NCBI GenBank assembly: GCA_032718475.1
Contig: JAUCBJ010006595.1
Location: 38,927 to 102,926 of the forward strand
Source: Nemertoderma westbladi
Taxonomy: Eukaryota > Animalia > Xenacoelomorpha
Direction: 5' to 3'
DNA: 64,000 bases
Shown: piece by piece, positions 1 through 11,600 of the stretch
Numbering within the stretch: position 1 is the first letter of the stretch
Layout of the letters: the number at the start of each line of letters is the position of its first letter
The notes under the pieces: model-generated
The model's database searches: none
What the model was told of the DNA's origin: nothing
The model's input: the letters and a program-made list of their open reading frames with translations, nothing else
Made by a program: the position numbers and the translations under genes

Positions 1-685
1 GTAGTATTAAGTAACTTAGGTAAATTAGTATTATTTGTTTTAGTGTCCTATAAGTAACACTTCACTGAAAGCGTACCGCTTTGTGTAGTGATTACCCCCA
101 GAAATAATAACATTTATTTCAAACATTGACAAAACCCATTAAAACGGGTATATACATATTATAAATCAAATCTAACGATTTATAAATAGTAGGCCTACCA
201 TACAACCATTAGGTCTCAATATCAGTTGGACTACTGCTCAAATAACGGTAATAAAGTAAGTAAAGTAACAAAGTAACCCTAAAATTCAGAAATTCAATTA
301 TTTAAAATAATTGATATACCGGTATTTACGATAGGCCTATTATCTTTATTTCTATAAACTTAGGCTGAAATTATACCGGTACTTGTAATAAATTCTAGTC
401 CAGAATTATATATACTACAAACTGTAAGCTGTATACCGGTATTCCGATAGGCCTATTATATATTTATATATATTTGTGCTAAATTTATACCGGTATTCTG
501 TGATAAACCTAGTCTGTAATAATAGTTATATATACTATAAGCATACCGGTATTCTAATATATTATATATCACACTACACTGAGTAGCAGTACCGGTAATT
601 AATTACTAGGCTATCAGTTAATACTGAGTTACTAGACTTGCTCAGACTGTAATACAGCAGTAGACATTCAACTGTATACATAAAC

Positions 686-3600
686 ATGTCTGATACTAAG
701 CAGAACCTGTCAGACAGTTTATTAGATGTAACTATCTGCGACTCAGATAGAGGCGTAGAACCGTCTAGTCGTAAGTTCAGTTCACCTCCCACTGTGAGGA
801 AAGTCATCCCTCCAGTAGTAATAAAAGAACCTAGGCTGGTCCAACATCGTAGGTCTATCATAGGCACTCGAGCTCAGGTCAAGCGGGACCAAGAAGCAGC
901 GGAACAGCAACAACCCGCGAGCCAAGAACTTACTTCTCAACGGCCCAACAGCTCCAGTAGTGAGGATACTGTAGAACTGACACCAGAACGCGGAGCAAAG
1001 ATGATGGATGCGGTTTATTCGGATCCCCTTCTCATCCTTCCTGCAGCCGTACTCACTAGGTTATTGATCGCTGTGGAAGAACACCAGATCGATTGGGCGA
1101 GAAACCAGCGTTCAACTAGAGATAGTTATGCTGGATACACAAGGGAAGAACTGAAGTCTATTGTCGAGTCGCAATGGCACGAGTCCAAGAAGAACAAGTA
1201 AAGAAAAAACGTATAGAAGACAGAAAGAAAGCAGCAGTGGTAGCTGCAGAAGCAGAAAGAAAAGCGGCAGCGGCAGAGGCAGCGGCAGAGGCAAAAGCGG
1301 CCGAAGCTGAAAGAAAAGCGGCAGCGGCAGCGGCAACGGCAGAAGCAAAGGCGGCCGAAGCTGAAAGAAAGGCGGCCGAGGCTGAAAGAAAGGCCGCAGA
1401 GGCAGTGGCAGATGCCGAACGGAGAGCGACTGAAGAAACCACCCAATTAGAATTGGAAAACATTCAGGAGAATCAAGACTGCATAAATAAACAGTTAACA
1501 GCTAGTAATATGCAGATGATGAATCGATCTACTCCCAAAAGACAGGGATATACATCATCTGAGGAAGGCGATACCACCGATACTGAAGGCAAAGGAAATA
1601 GATCTCGTCTAAGCAGACGTAAAAGAACATTCCACCGTCAGAAATTGCCTGATTTGCCTCCAGCTGTTAGAAGGCAACTAAATAACACCAACTTAGGTAG
1701 TACAGAGCCCACAGACCAAATAATTAAAATAGAAAGACTCCCTACTATAGTAGATGAGCCTGAAATAATTAGGCCTGTTCTTGAAATCACCCCTTCGGTG
1801 ATAGACACACCTGTGCTCCCTGAAACTACCTCTAAATTCCCTCTGCATAGCACTAAGCTACCTGTGCCCCGTAGAACTGCCCAGGAGACAGTTCAAGTCC
1901 TGGACCCCGAGCGAAATATTCATAATTTGTCGCCCGTTGTCCCTCGTCCGCCCGCTACAACGTTGGCGACTCCCGCTTCGGCGGTCGAATGGGTGGACGA
2001 GAGACGGCGGGGGATGGATCTCCTGCTCGGGCAGATGCAGGAGACTGTTCAGCAATTCAAGGGCACAGTAAGGGAAAGTAGACTAGAGTTGCAAGAGGTG
2101 CAGCAAAGTATCGCGCTCGAACGCGATAAATTAGTAAATACCCAAAAGGGTATACCACCACCCTCGGTAACAATGTGTCAACCTGTTAGGTCTGAAGTAT
2201 CTCATGCGCAAGGTATGGAGCCTACACGCATCTATACTGCTAGCGAAGTAGAAACTCCTATAGTGAACCCTATTAAGGGTAATTATAGACCTGTTGATAA
2301 TGATATTCCATATAGAACTGATCATAATCCGAGAAATTTATATATCGATAACTCGATATTAAATAACACGATGGCCCAAGAAAGTTTTACGCGTCAAATG
2401 GCTAGAACCGAAGCCCGGCAAGCGGTAAAGATGGGAGAGATCGTCAAGTTCAATGGAGATGAGATGAAATGGTTACCTTTTAATGAATATTACAAAGATA
2501 ACATACAGAACTCTGTACTATCTAATGGATAAAAACTTAGATACCTCATCGAGTGCTTGGAAGGATCTCCCAAGTTAATGGCGTTAAAGTTTATTGGACA
2601 TCCAGACGGATTAAGACAAGTTTGGGATACACTAAACATCAGGTATGGTAATAGGAATAACATCGCTGGGTATTTGTATGCAAAGTTGGTAGCGCCCCGA
2701 AAGTTTATTAGCAGCGGAATTATAGAGTTTTCCGATGAGATTCAGGAGATCTGTAGACAATTAGATTGGCTAGGTAAGTCTCATGAGTATCAGAACACTA
2801 TGGTTATTAGAGCAGTGGCTTCTACTTTACCGAAGGGTGGAGTAGGTACACGCTGGGATAAGAAAGTGTTATATATGATGGAACAACAACGACGAGACCC
2901 TACCATGGCTGATCTCATGTCATTCCTAGATGGAGAAGTGAAATTACAGCTCCTGAAACTGTCCAGAGAGAAGACACCGGAAAACAAGGTAAGCGAAAAA
3001 CCCGTCTCTAGGAGAAAGGTAACGCCAGTGTGTTATACAGACGACGGCGAAAGCCAGACTTCTCAAGGAGAAGATAGCGGGAAAGACACTGAGAGATCTT
3101 ATTATGTCAATAAAATGCCTAAAGATCAGGTCAGTAAATTCAAGTCTCGAGCAAATGACAGGAGAGAACAGGTAAGAAAAACTCCTCCCACGTCTCCCAA
3201 GAGAATTCCGGTGAGAAAGCCCGAAGAAAAGGCAAGTGTACACAATGTGACTCAAAATAAGGTAAGTAACATCAAACCGAAATGTGCGCTGTGTGACGGG
3301 ACCCACCGTTTGAATATGTGTGATGAATTCCTGAAGAAGTCATTAACGGAGAGACGCAAAGTCATGTGGGATAAGCGGTTATGTTATAATTGCCTCAGAC
3401 AAGGACACCAACGGCGTACCTGTTTCTCTGACATAAGGTGTGCAAAGTGTGGTGCGAAACATCATATCTTGTTGCACGCTGAATTCGAGCGAAATAGTCC
3501 GAATCAGGTAAGTGATTCCGAGATACATGTCCAATTCAGTGATGTGAACGACACTGATCAATCTGAGATGGAAGGATTCTATACGGACGAGTTCTCCGAC

Positions 3601-6600
3601 GAAAACGAATCCTGTTATATGATAAATACCGCCGTGTATCGAGCACTCACATATGAAAAGGATACAGACAGCGACTTCACTCTAACTACTTCTGAACGAC
3701 AACCACCTTGGAAAGAGCCATCTTCCAATGTAGGGATCCGAGAGTTTCCTGTGGTGCAGGTAAGGGTGCACGGACCTAAACGGAGTTATGTAGTGAACGC
3801 CCTCCTGGACTCCGGCAGCACAGGAACATTCATTGATAAAGAGCTAGCCGAAGACATATTCGATGGACAACCCAAGTTCCAAACTAAGCTCAACATGTCC
3901 GGCATTATGCAAGTTTGGAAATCTACAATAACAGCGGATTATTATGTAGGAGCGTTGTCCACCCCCCAGGATGAACTAGGAGAACATAGCATAAGGTCAG
4001 TGAAAATGGTGGCTATAAAGAACTTTGCTACTACTCAAGCAGACCTTTATAATTGGGACGAGGATGAGAGCATCCAACATCTTAACATACCTCGATTTCA
4101 GACAGATTATCCTGGAGTGCAAATACTCATCGGCCAAAACGCGCATGAGGCGCTAGAGACATTAGAGAAACGGCCTGCTCAACCGCAGCCACTACAGACC
4201 TATGCGGTAAGAACTAGAGTAGGTTGGTACTTTACTGGCCCTTCCCGTAGAACACTCAGAGAAAGACTACCGCAAGAGCGCGTCTACCAGGTGAGTGAAT
4301 GGGAAGATGATACTAGTGAGGGAGACGATTTAACTGAGGGAACCCCATACTCCTCAGATAACGACGACATTCACCAGCTTTTTGATGAGGAGAATACCAT
4401 CGATCTCCTTAAGGAAAACGAGGCTTGGCAAAACCAAGTGAACTTATGTCAACTTCTTTATCCATCTGAACGAGAAGCTTATAACGACGAGTTAAATGAC
4501 GTCATTGAGCGTCATAATGCCAAGACTCGAGATGAACATGCCGTACGATTCTTTACGCAAGAGGCGGTAGAGCCCAATTCCTACGATAAAGCCTTGTCGG
4601 TGGAAGAGGAAAGGGCCAAGCAGATCCAAGAGACAACTACACGTTTCCTCAAAGATCAAGGTAGGTATGAAGTCGGTCTACCTTTCCGCAAGAAAGAACC
4701 GAAGTTCATCAATAACAGACCCTTGGTGGAAAAAAGAATCGCGCAACTCCATCGACGCCTTACGGCTAATTCTTCAGCTAAAGCAATGTATCAAACACAG
4801 CTGGAGAAATTTATTAGTAAGGGATACGCGGAGAGAGTACCGGAAGAAACACCTGTGACTGAAAGAACGTATTACTTAACTCACCATTACGTTCCTAAAC
4901 CCGGTAAGCCACATGAAGTGAGAGTAGTGTTTGATGGCTCCGCTCTTTACATGGGTCAATCCCTTAACTCTGAATTGTTACCCGGACCCAACTTGCTTCA
5001 ATCTTTGTTGGGAATTCTTTAAAGATTGAGACAATATTCGATTGCTTTCGCCTCCGATATAGAAGGCATGTTCTTACAAGTCAAGGTGTTAGATAGGGAT
5101 CGAGATAGTCTACGATTTCTGTGGTGGCCCGAAGGAGACCTCAACCAGAAACCGGTGGAGTACTGGATGACCATCCAGGCCTTTGGGATAATCTCAAGCC
5201 CTTCCAACGCCTGTTCGGTAGTGCGTACCACTGCAGAGGACAACCGAGAGGCCTTCTCTAAGGAAGTGATCGACAACATCAAGAGAGACATATACATGGA
5301 CGACAATCTGAAGTCCCTTCCATCAGTTGAGGAAGCCATTGAGGTCGCTAAAGGAACGGTAGAGTGCTTAAAAAGAGGTGGGTTTCGATTAACAAAATTC
5401 ACCAGCAACTCCCGTGAGTTTCTGGAGTCGATCCCCGCGGAAGATCGAGGGGCGAAAGATCTAGATTTGATCAAAGATGATCTGCCAGAAACCAAGACAC
5501 TCGGCTTGAAATGGGACACAGAGCGAGATATCCTGTTTTTCCAGCTAAAACAGCGAGATAATCCAGTTCGAACCAAACGGATTTGCTTAAGTGAGACTCC
5601 TGACAATGTTACGATAATTCCGAAAAGTATTTCCTGTTGTTAAGAAATCCACAGATGCGCTTAAGGGATTGCTTCTCTAGTACCATGATAGATGGGTTAA
5701 TACGTGTTGGAGGCAGGCTGACCAACGCCCCATTATCCTTTGACACTAAGTTTCCCATCCTCATTAGAAATCTTGACATACAAATCAAGATGATTGTAGA
5801 TGTTCATAGCAAACTGTATCATGCTGGAAGAGAATGAGTTCTGAGCGAAATTCGAACTCGCTACTATTTTTATAAACCCCGTAGGGCTCTGAACCAAGTT
5901 CTTAGGAACTGCATACCCTGTAGGAAAGCATTCAGTAGGCCTTTAACACAGCGAGAGGCAGAATTACCTAGGGAAAGAGTAAGCTTCTATGAACCACCCT
6001 TTACTAATACCGGTGTGGATTTATTTGGCCCTATTGAAGTATATCGTGCCCGGACTATAGTCAAGAGATGGTGTGTCATCTTCGTTTGTATGACTTGTAG
6101 AGCTATCCATCTCGATATGGTAAACGATCTATCCACCAACAGCTTCGTGTTGAGTTTACGACGACAGATCGCTCGTTTCGGAACCAGTAACACGATGAGA
6201 TCGGATAAGGGAACGAACTTCATTGGCGCCAACAACGAAATTCAAGCTTACGTAAAGGACTGGAACAAAAGACAGGTGGACGATCAGCTAAGGATAACAG
6301 CGTCTAGCTGGACCTTCAACGCCGCCGACGCCCCTTGGTGGGGAGGAAGTTGGGAGAGATTGATTAGAAGCGTGAAAACTGCGTTCCACTTTATTGTGCC
6401 TTGTCGCGCTTATCTCACCGACGAACTATTGCGGACATTAATGGAGGAAATCGCCGCTTATCTCAACGAAAGACCGCTTATGCCAGTCTCTTCAAGTCCG
6501 GATTCCCTGGAAGCGCTAACACCCGCGCACTTTCTACTGAAGAAACCCGTAGCCATGCTCCCACGATCGGAGATCACAGACGGAGACGAGTACTGCCGTC

Positions 6601-7016
6601 GAACCTGGCAACTTATGCAGTTGCTATCCTGTCGTTTCACTGACCATTTCGAGAAACATTACCTGCCCACTCTACAACTTCGAACTAAGTGGTTTGCGCA
6701 GCAAGAAAACGTCAGCGCTGGAGACATGGTGCTTATTGTGGACCCCGATCTCCCACGTAAGCGATGGCAAACAGGACGTATCATCGAGACTCATATCTCG
6801 AGCGATGGTTTGGTGCGATCAGTAGAGCTCGTTGTAATGCGGCGTAACTTTAAGAAACCAGGGATAGTCTTTGAGACTCAACAGCTCAATCGCCCAGTGG
6901 GTCGTTTATGTTTACTGGAAAGAGACAGAGAGCTCTCCGGAAACTATGGAAGGCAAGAAACTCTTCCCACGACCACTTCCCTAATCCAACCGACATCTAG
7001 GGACTCCCCAACTTAA
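686..7016 (+). pseudogene. Disrupted BEL/Pao gag-pol of copy A
   Basis: Gag KFNGDEMKW motif and three knuckles (CALCDGTHRLNMC, CYNCLRQGHQRRTC, CAKCGAKHHILLH). Protease LLDSGS; RT RVVFDGS, DIEGMF, YMDD; integrase DLFGP, SDKGTNF, PWWGGSWERL. Stops at 2530, 5020 and 5835. Relative to copy C, ~0.64 kb is deleted near 1177 and ~1.2 kb (RNase H) near 5592. Confidence 0.93.
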
Positions 7017-8657
7017 TATCGTTCGGAGTGGGCGTGTGACTCTATTATTTCATATTATTTTTATATTTATGTATGTATTACTATGTAATTTTATTATAAT
7101 CGTTTTATTTAATTTAGTAGAATATTATTTAGTGATTATTTAGTAGAATAGTGCAATATGTTCGTGTTCATTGCGTACGTAATTACTTATATTATATTTA
7201 GTGCGACGGCGAGAAATAATTCTTTTTCTCTTTCCTTACTGTCCGTATTATATTATAAATACATAACTACAGTAAGATGAAATGTCCGTACTTATTAAAG
7301 TACAATAAAGCCACTACTATATTTAAGTATTATTGGTAGGCAGAGTATTAGGAATGCAAAGTTCAGATCCTCGTGTCTCGGCTAAACCAAGCTCTGGGTA
7401 GACCTTGGAAACGACTTGCCTCTTCACACTGACATTGCTTCGTGCGATATTGCTCTCATACCGTATATTAAATAATACATATAGTAGCGTGATGTCCCTT
7501 TAACAGTAGCGTATAACGCAAAATAAATCTGTTAAACCCTTTGACCATCTGTCATTCTAGTCGATTAAGATATCGCGGCACCCACCGATATACTTGAAAG
7601 ACAAATTCTAGAATCAGTGGTTAACGTCCCCAGACAAGTTCTGGAATAAATCGGTGCCCATCTCAAATATTAATTATTTAATATTTGCAAATCTAATAAA
7701 TCAAAATCTGTAAAATTCAGATCCTTCAACAATTCTAGTCAATTAAGATATCGTAGCATTTACCGATATTCTTAAAAAGACAATTGTCATAGAATTAAGG
7801 ATCTTGTGTCCCCAGACATGTTCTAGAATCAAAACATGTCCATTTAATTATCAAATAATAAAATTTCAGGGAATAATTTAAATTCATGCCTTTTAATGAA
7901 TTTAATAAATTGCCATTTTTACGCAATTTATAACATTCCCAAAATTCCATTAATTAATAGATCAAGGGAGCGGAGATTTATCTTATTATGCATATGAGTG
8001 TGCGAAAGTCTCCCAAACATAGTCAATAGCCGATAAAATTCATAAAGTCATGTATAAAACAGAACATTGACTATTAAAGAATACTATTAAATAACATCCC
8101 AGATCTGTATGCATTGGAATTACCCTAATTCTACCGCTAGCTTTGCATAATGTCACCATAGCAACAACCACGCTAGAATTAGAATTGAGTTAAAAGAACA
8201 ATAGAAAGCTTGTCCCATTGAATAGCATAGGGAATAAATAGCGCACTGCTAGTATCCAAGGATACATAATAATACAGTGACATTCTGGAAGGCATTGACT
8301 AACGGACAAATGGCCCGAATGTGCGTAGTTGTGACCAGTTGTGTGGTATTTGTGAGTTTATAGGTGAATGTTACTGCTAAAGTGTGTTTACAGTAGCTAG
8401 TCGCAATCGTAAAAGTAACCTAACTCTCCAAGGAAAACCTGAAGTACATCTAAGCCTTTGGGACGGACAGTTGAGTGACTTGTGCCGGTTATCGTTGTCG
8501 TTGTACGGCTACGTCGTTGGCGAAAGTATAGCGACAGCGGTACATCGGCGCTGAGAATCTCATACTGTCCGGGGGCAAGGGAGAAGTAGGCAGCGACGCC
8601 CGCTCGCCTAATAAATATATAAACTCATTATAATATTGGTGAACTCGTATAGCAGAT
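7017..8657 (+). promoter_or_regulatory. Structured non-coding spacer between pol and ORF3 (also 20508-21305 + and 26645-28278 -)
   Basis: Conserved in all three copies. Contains many inverted repeats, including two related ~85-nt hairpins (7541-7624 and 7719-7804) with compensatory changes. Function is inferred. Confidence 0.6.
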
Positions 8658-11600
8658 ATGACTGAATTAATAGAAGATGATCTTGGTATCAGGGAGAGAT
8701 ATATTCTACCTTTACAAGCGTTTGTCGATAGCTTGATACGCGGCGACGCTGATCCAACTACTACGGAGGACGATGGTCGTTATATCGAACCGCCAATGTC
8801 CCAGGAGCAACTTACGCGTGAATTGGACTATAGAAAATTCACTGCTCGTTATACGCATCGTAATGGTACGTATATGGACTTCTTGACTACTGGTCATCCT
8901 ATTGATTTACACGACACCGACGATGTCGATACCGAAAGGGAAATGGTTTTATTTAAATATCATACCCAGCGGAGTCGAAACGACAAATCGAGAATAGAAC
9001 ACGAGAACTCTATTCGAAATAAGCTCGAAAGAGAAGACGTTGAAGAACCTGATAAACGTAGCGGCTTCAACGAATATCTAGAATTTCTAAGAGAGACCTA
9101 TCTCAATGTTGCCAGTCAACAAAACCTCGAAACTCGATATCCCCAAGGTATACATCCAGATCCTATAATGGAACTCAAACGGCTCTATTTTACGATGATG
9201 TATCTTACCGCCGATCGACCCCTACCTGTCGTTCCAGATAGCTTCGAACAGATGGAGGAATATTGTAAAACTGGAGAGCGATCACCCGCGTTTCCCCTTC
9301 AAGACATGCGTCTTTGGTATTACTGTGACGAATGCCCTAGACCTAACCAGCAGATCGAAAGGCATAAACATCCGCGGAGACGTTGCGCTAAACACAGTTT
9401 TACACGATATACTTATGGGAGTTTCGAGCGAAACCTTTTCGACGTATCACCTACGGTCGCGCGCCTTAAACGATCATTGAACAAACCCATGATCAGAGTT
9501 CCGGAATACTCGGTCAGACCTCCTCATTCCCAAGTGATACCTCAAACTCTCGATCCTAATAGTATTACGGATCCTCCCGAGCTATACTCACTGTTCAAAG
9601 ATCTAGTGTTACCTGAACAGTTGATTGGTGGCACTCCGGTAGTGGGTTCGTTAGATATTCGCCAACCTTACCTCGCTGGACTAGGACGCGGTCATCTAAT
9701 ATCACCGTTTAACCCCTACAACCGTCCTGGCCTCCCTCCGATCCAACCTGTTACAGAAGTCGAAGAGAGCGTGATACGAAATGCATTAGACGCTATTCGG
9801 CAGAAAATCGGAAAAGGAACTTACGATTGCTTGGAGAAACGTAAATTGCAACAACAAGTCCAAGCGGTGAAAGAACTAGCTTTACCCCAGTTTGATAGAG
9901 AAATACAAAATCTAGAGGAGGACATCGAACGTGGACGAACCTACTCTTTACAGGAATTCCTGGACGAGCGCTTGCAACAACAAGCGGAGGAAAATCAGCT
10001 CGAGGAGAGACATATAGAGCTGACTGAGAGGGAAGAAGCAGCTTTAGCCCAACCAGAAGCTCAAATTCTCGTGACGGATCTCTATTCCAAAACGATTCTC
10101 CACCCCTCGATGGTTCCTCATTTTAAAGACAAGCTCTTTGCTACGGTACAGCCTCAACCGGTTAATACTGATCTCAGATCTCACGAGCTCGTTGCTGACG
10201 CTCCCATGCTACAACGTCCACCCGTCGAGGCTGCTCGTGTCGATGGCGTACTTGTTGAGCCTCCGGACAATAGAGCGGATCTTGTCCGTCGCATGGTGCA
10301 CGATGTTAACATACGCGCTAGACCTTTGCTGGACTCATTTTATGGAATTAAGGATCATCCTTATTATGTCCATTTAAAGCAATATTATATGGTAAAACCA
10401 GAAGATCCTACGCATAGTCTGAAGTTTCTACCATTGATCAATCCTCTCGATCTCGTCGAACTCGAACAACTACAAAAACATCTAGACCAGCTAGTTAAAT
10501 TAAACTCATTTCGAAAACCGTATAATATTTCCAGAATAGAGAAAGAAATATTACCTCCGTACAATCTTGATGGATTCATTAAAACTCGATTGGTACACTG
10601 GAATCTTGACGTGTTATTCGAGGAAGAAAGAATAAAACGATATGGAGATGTGGAAACCTATACTACACAATGCTTAAAGTATAGAGATTTACCCAATGCT
10701 AGCGAATGCGCTACTTTGTGGCATCCAGTGGGAATGACTCTCGAAAACGCCACTAAAGAATGGAACGAGACTCTTAACGTTATCGAGATGTATGGCGTTG
10801 TTACTTATGACAACGAAGGTAGCGTTCCGGTGGGAGAACTAGGAACTACGCGAATGATACATATACGAGGACTCGCTGGTTCTACCCACGTATTCACTCG
10901 AGCGTGTTCAGACGTGATCGATTATTCTTTTGAAACCCTTACGGAGACACAAAAGAAACTTCGACATGGACAATTCGAGCTCGCGCAGCGTTACGTCACC
11001 GACACCGAGCGCAAACCGGCCATGGGTATCGACGGATCAATGTTACCCCAACCCGTGCTCGAAATGTTGTTTAACGAAAGAATCCTAAAAATCGGCTCAG
11101 CTGTTTATGGAGATCTCCAAAACGACTTCCGGAATATGGAAAACATTCCATACCCTTTCGTTGATACTCAACTGATTGCCCCTTGGGCCGAAGGCCGAGG
11201 TTTCTTTCGCACTATGTATGCCAATACACCCAGCGACATTACTAAGGTACAACGGACATCCATCGGACATCTTGCCTTTCAAGAATATGGATGGAACTTC
11301 AAAGTTGAAAATCCTATCAATTACCAGCAGGTATATGGAGATCATTACTCTCGTTTATATTTTGATGGACCATTAACTGCGCCTGGTGCCGTATATAGCT
11401 TTATGAGTGTTCCACTTCGCCCTTCCTTAGCTATATACACGATCTTTGAAAACGCAGCACTTGCCGGTTGGCTAGCCGATGTGTGCAGTCGTACCATACG
11501 CGCTCACCCGTTAATACTTGGAACTAAACTCGCCAAGTTAGACGAACACAATAAGTTCATACGTTTCGAATGTTTCCGGCGCTTTCTGACTCCGTTCCGT

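Noticed and set aside
7345-7850. Hammerhead ribozyme in the spacer
   Set aside because: No CTGANGA...GAAA core in the right arrangement was found by eye. Other ribozyme classes were not excluded.
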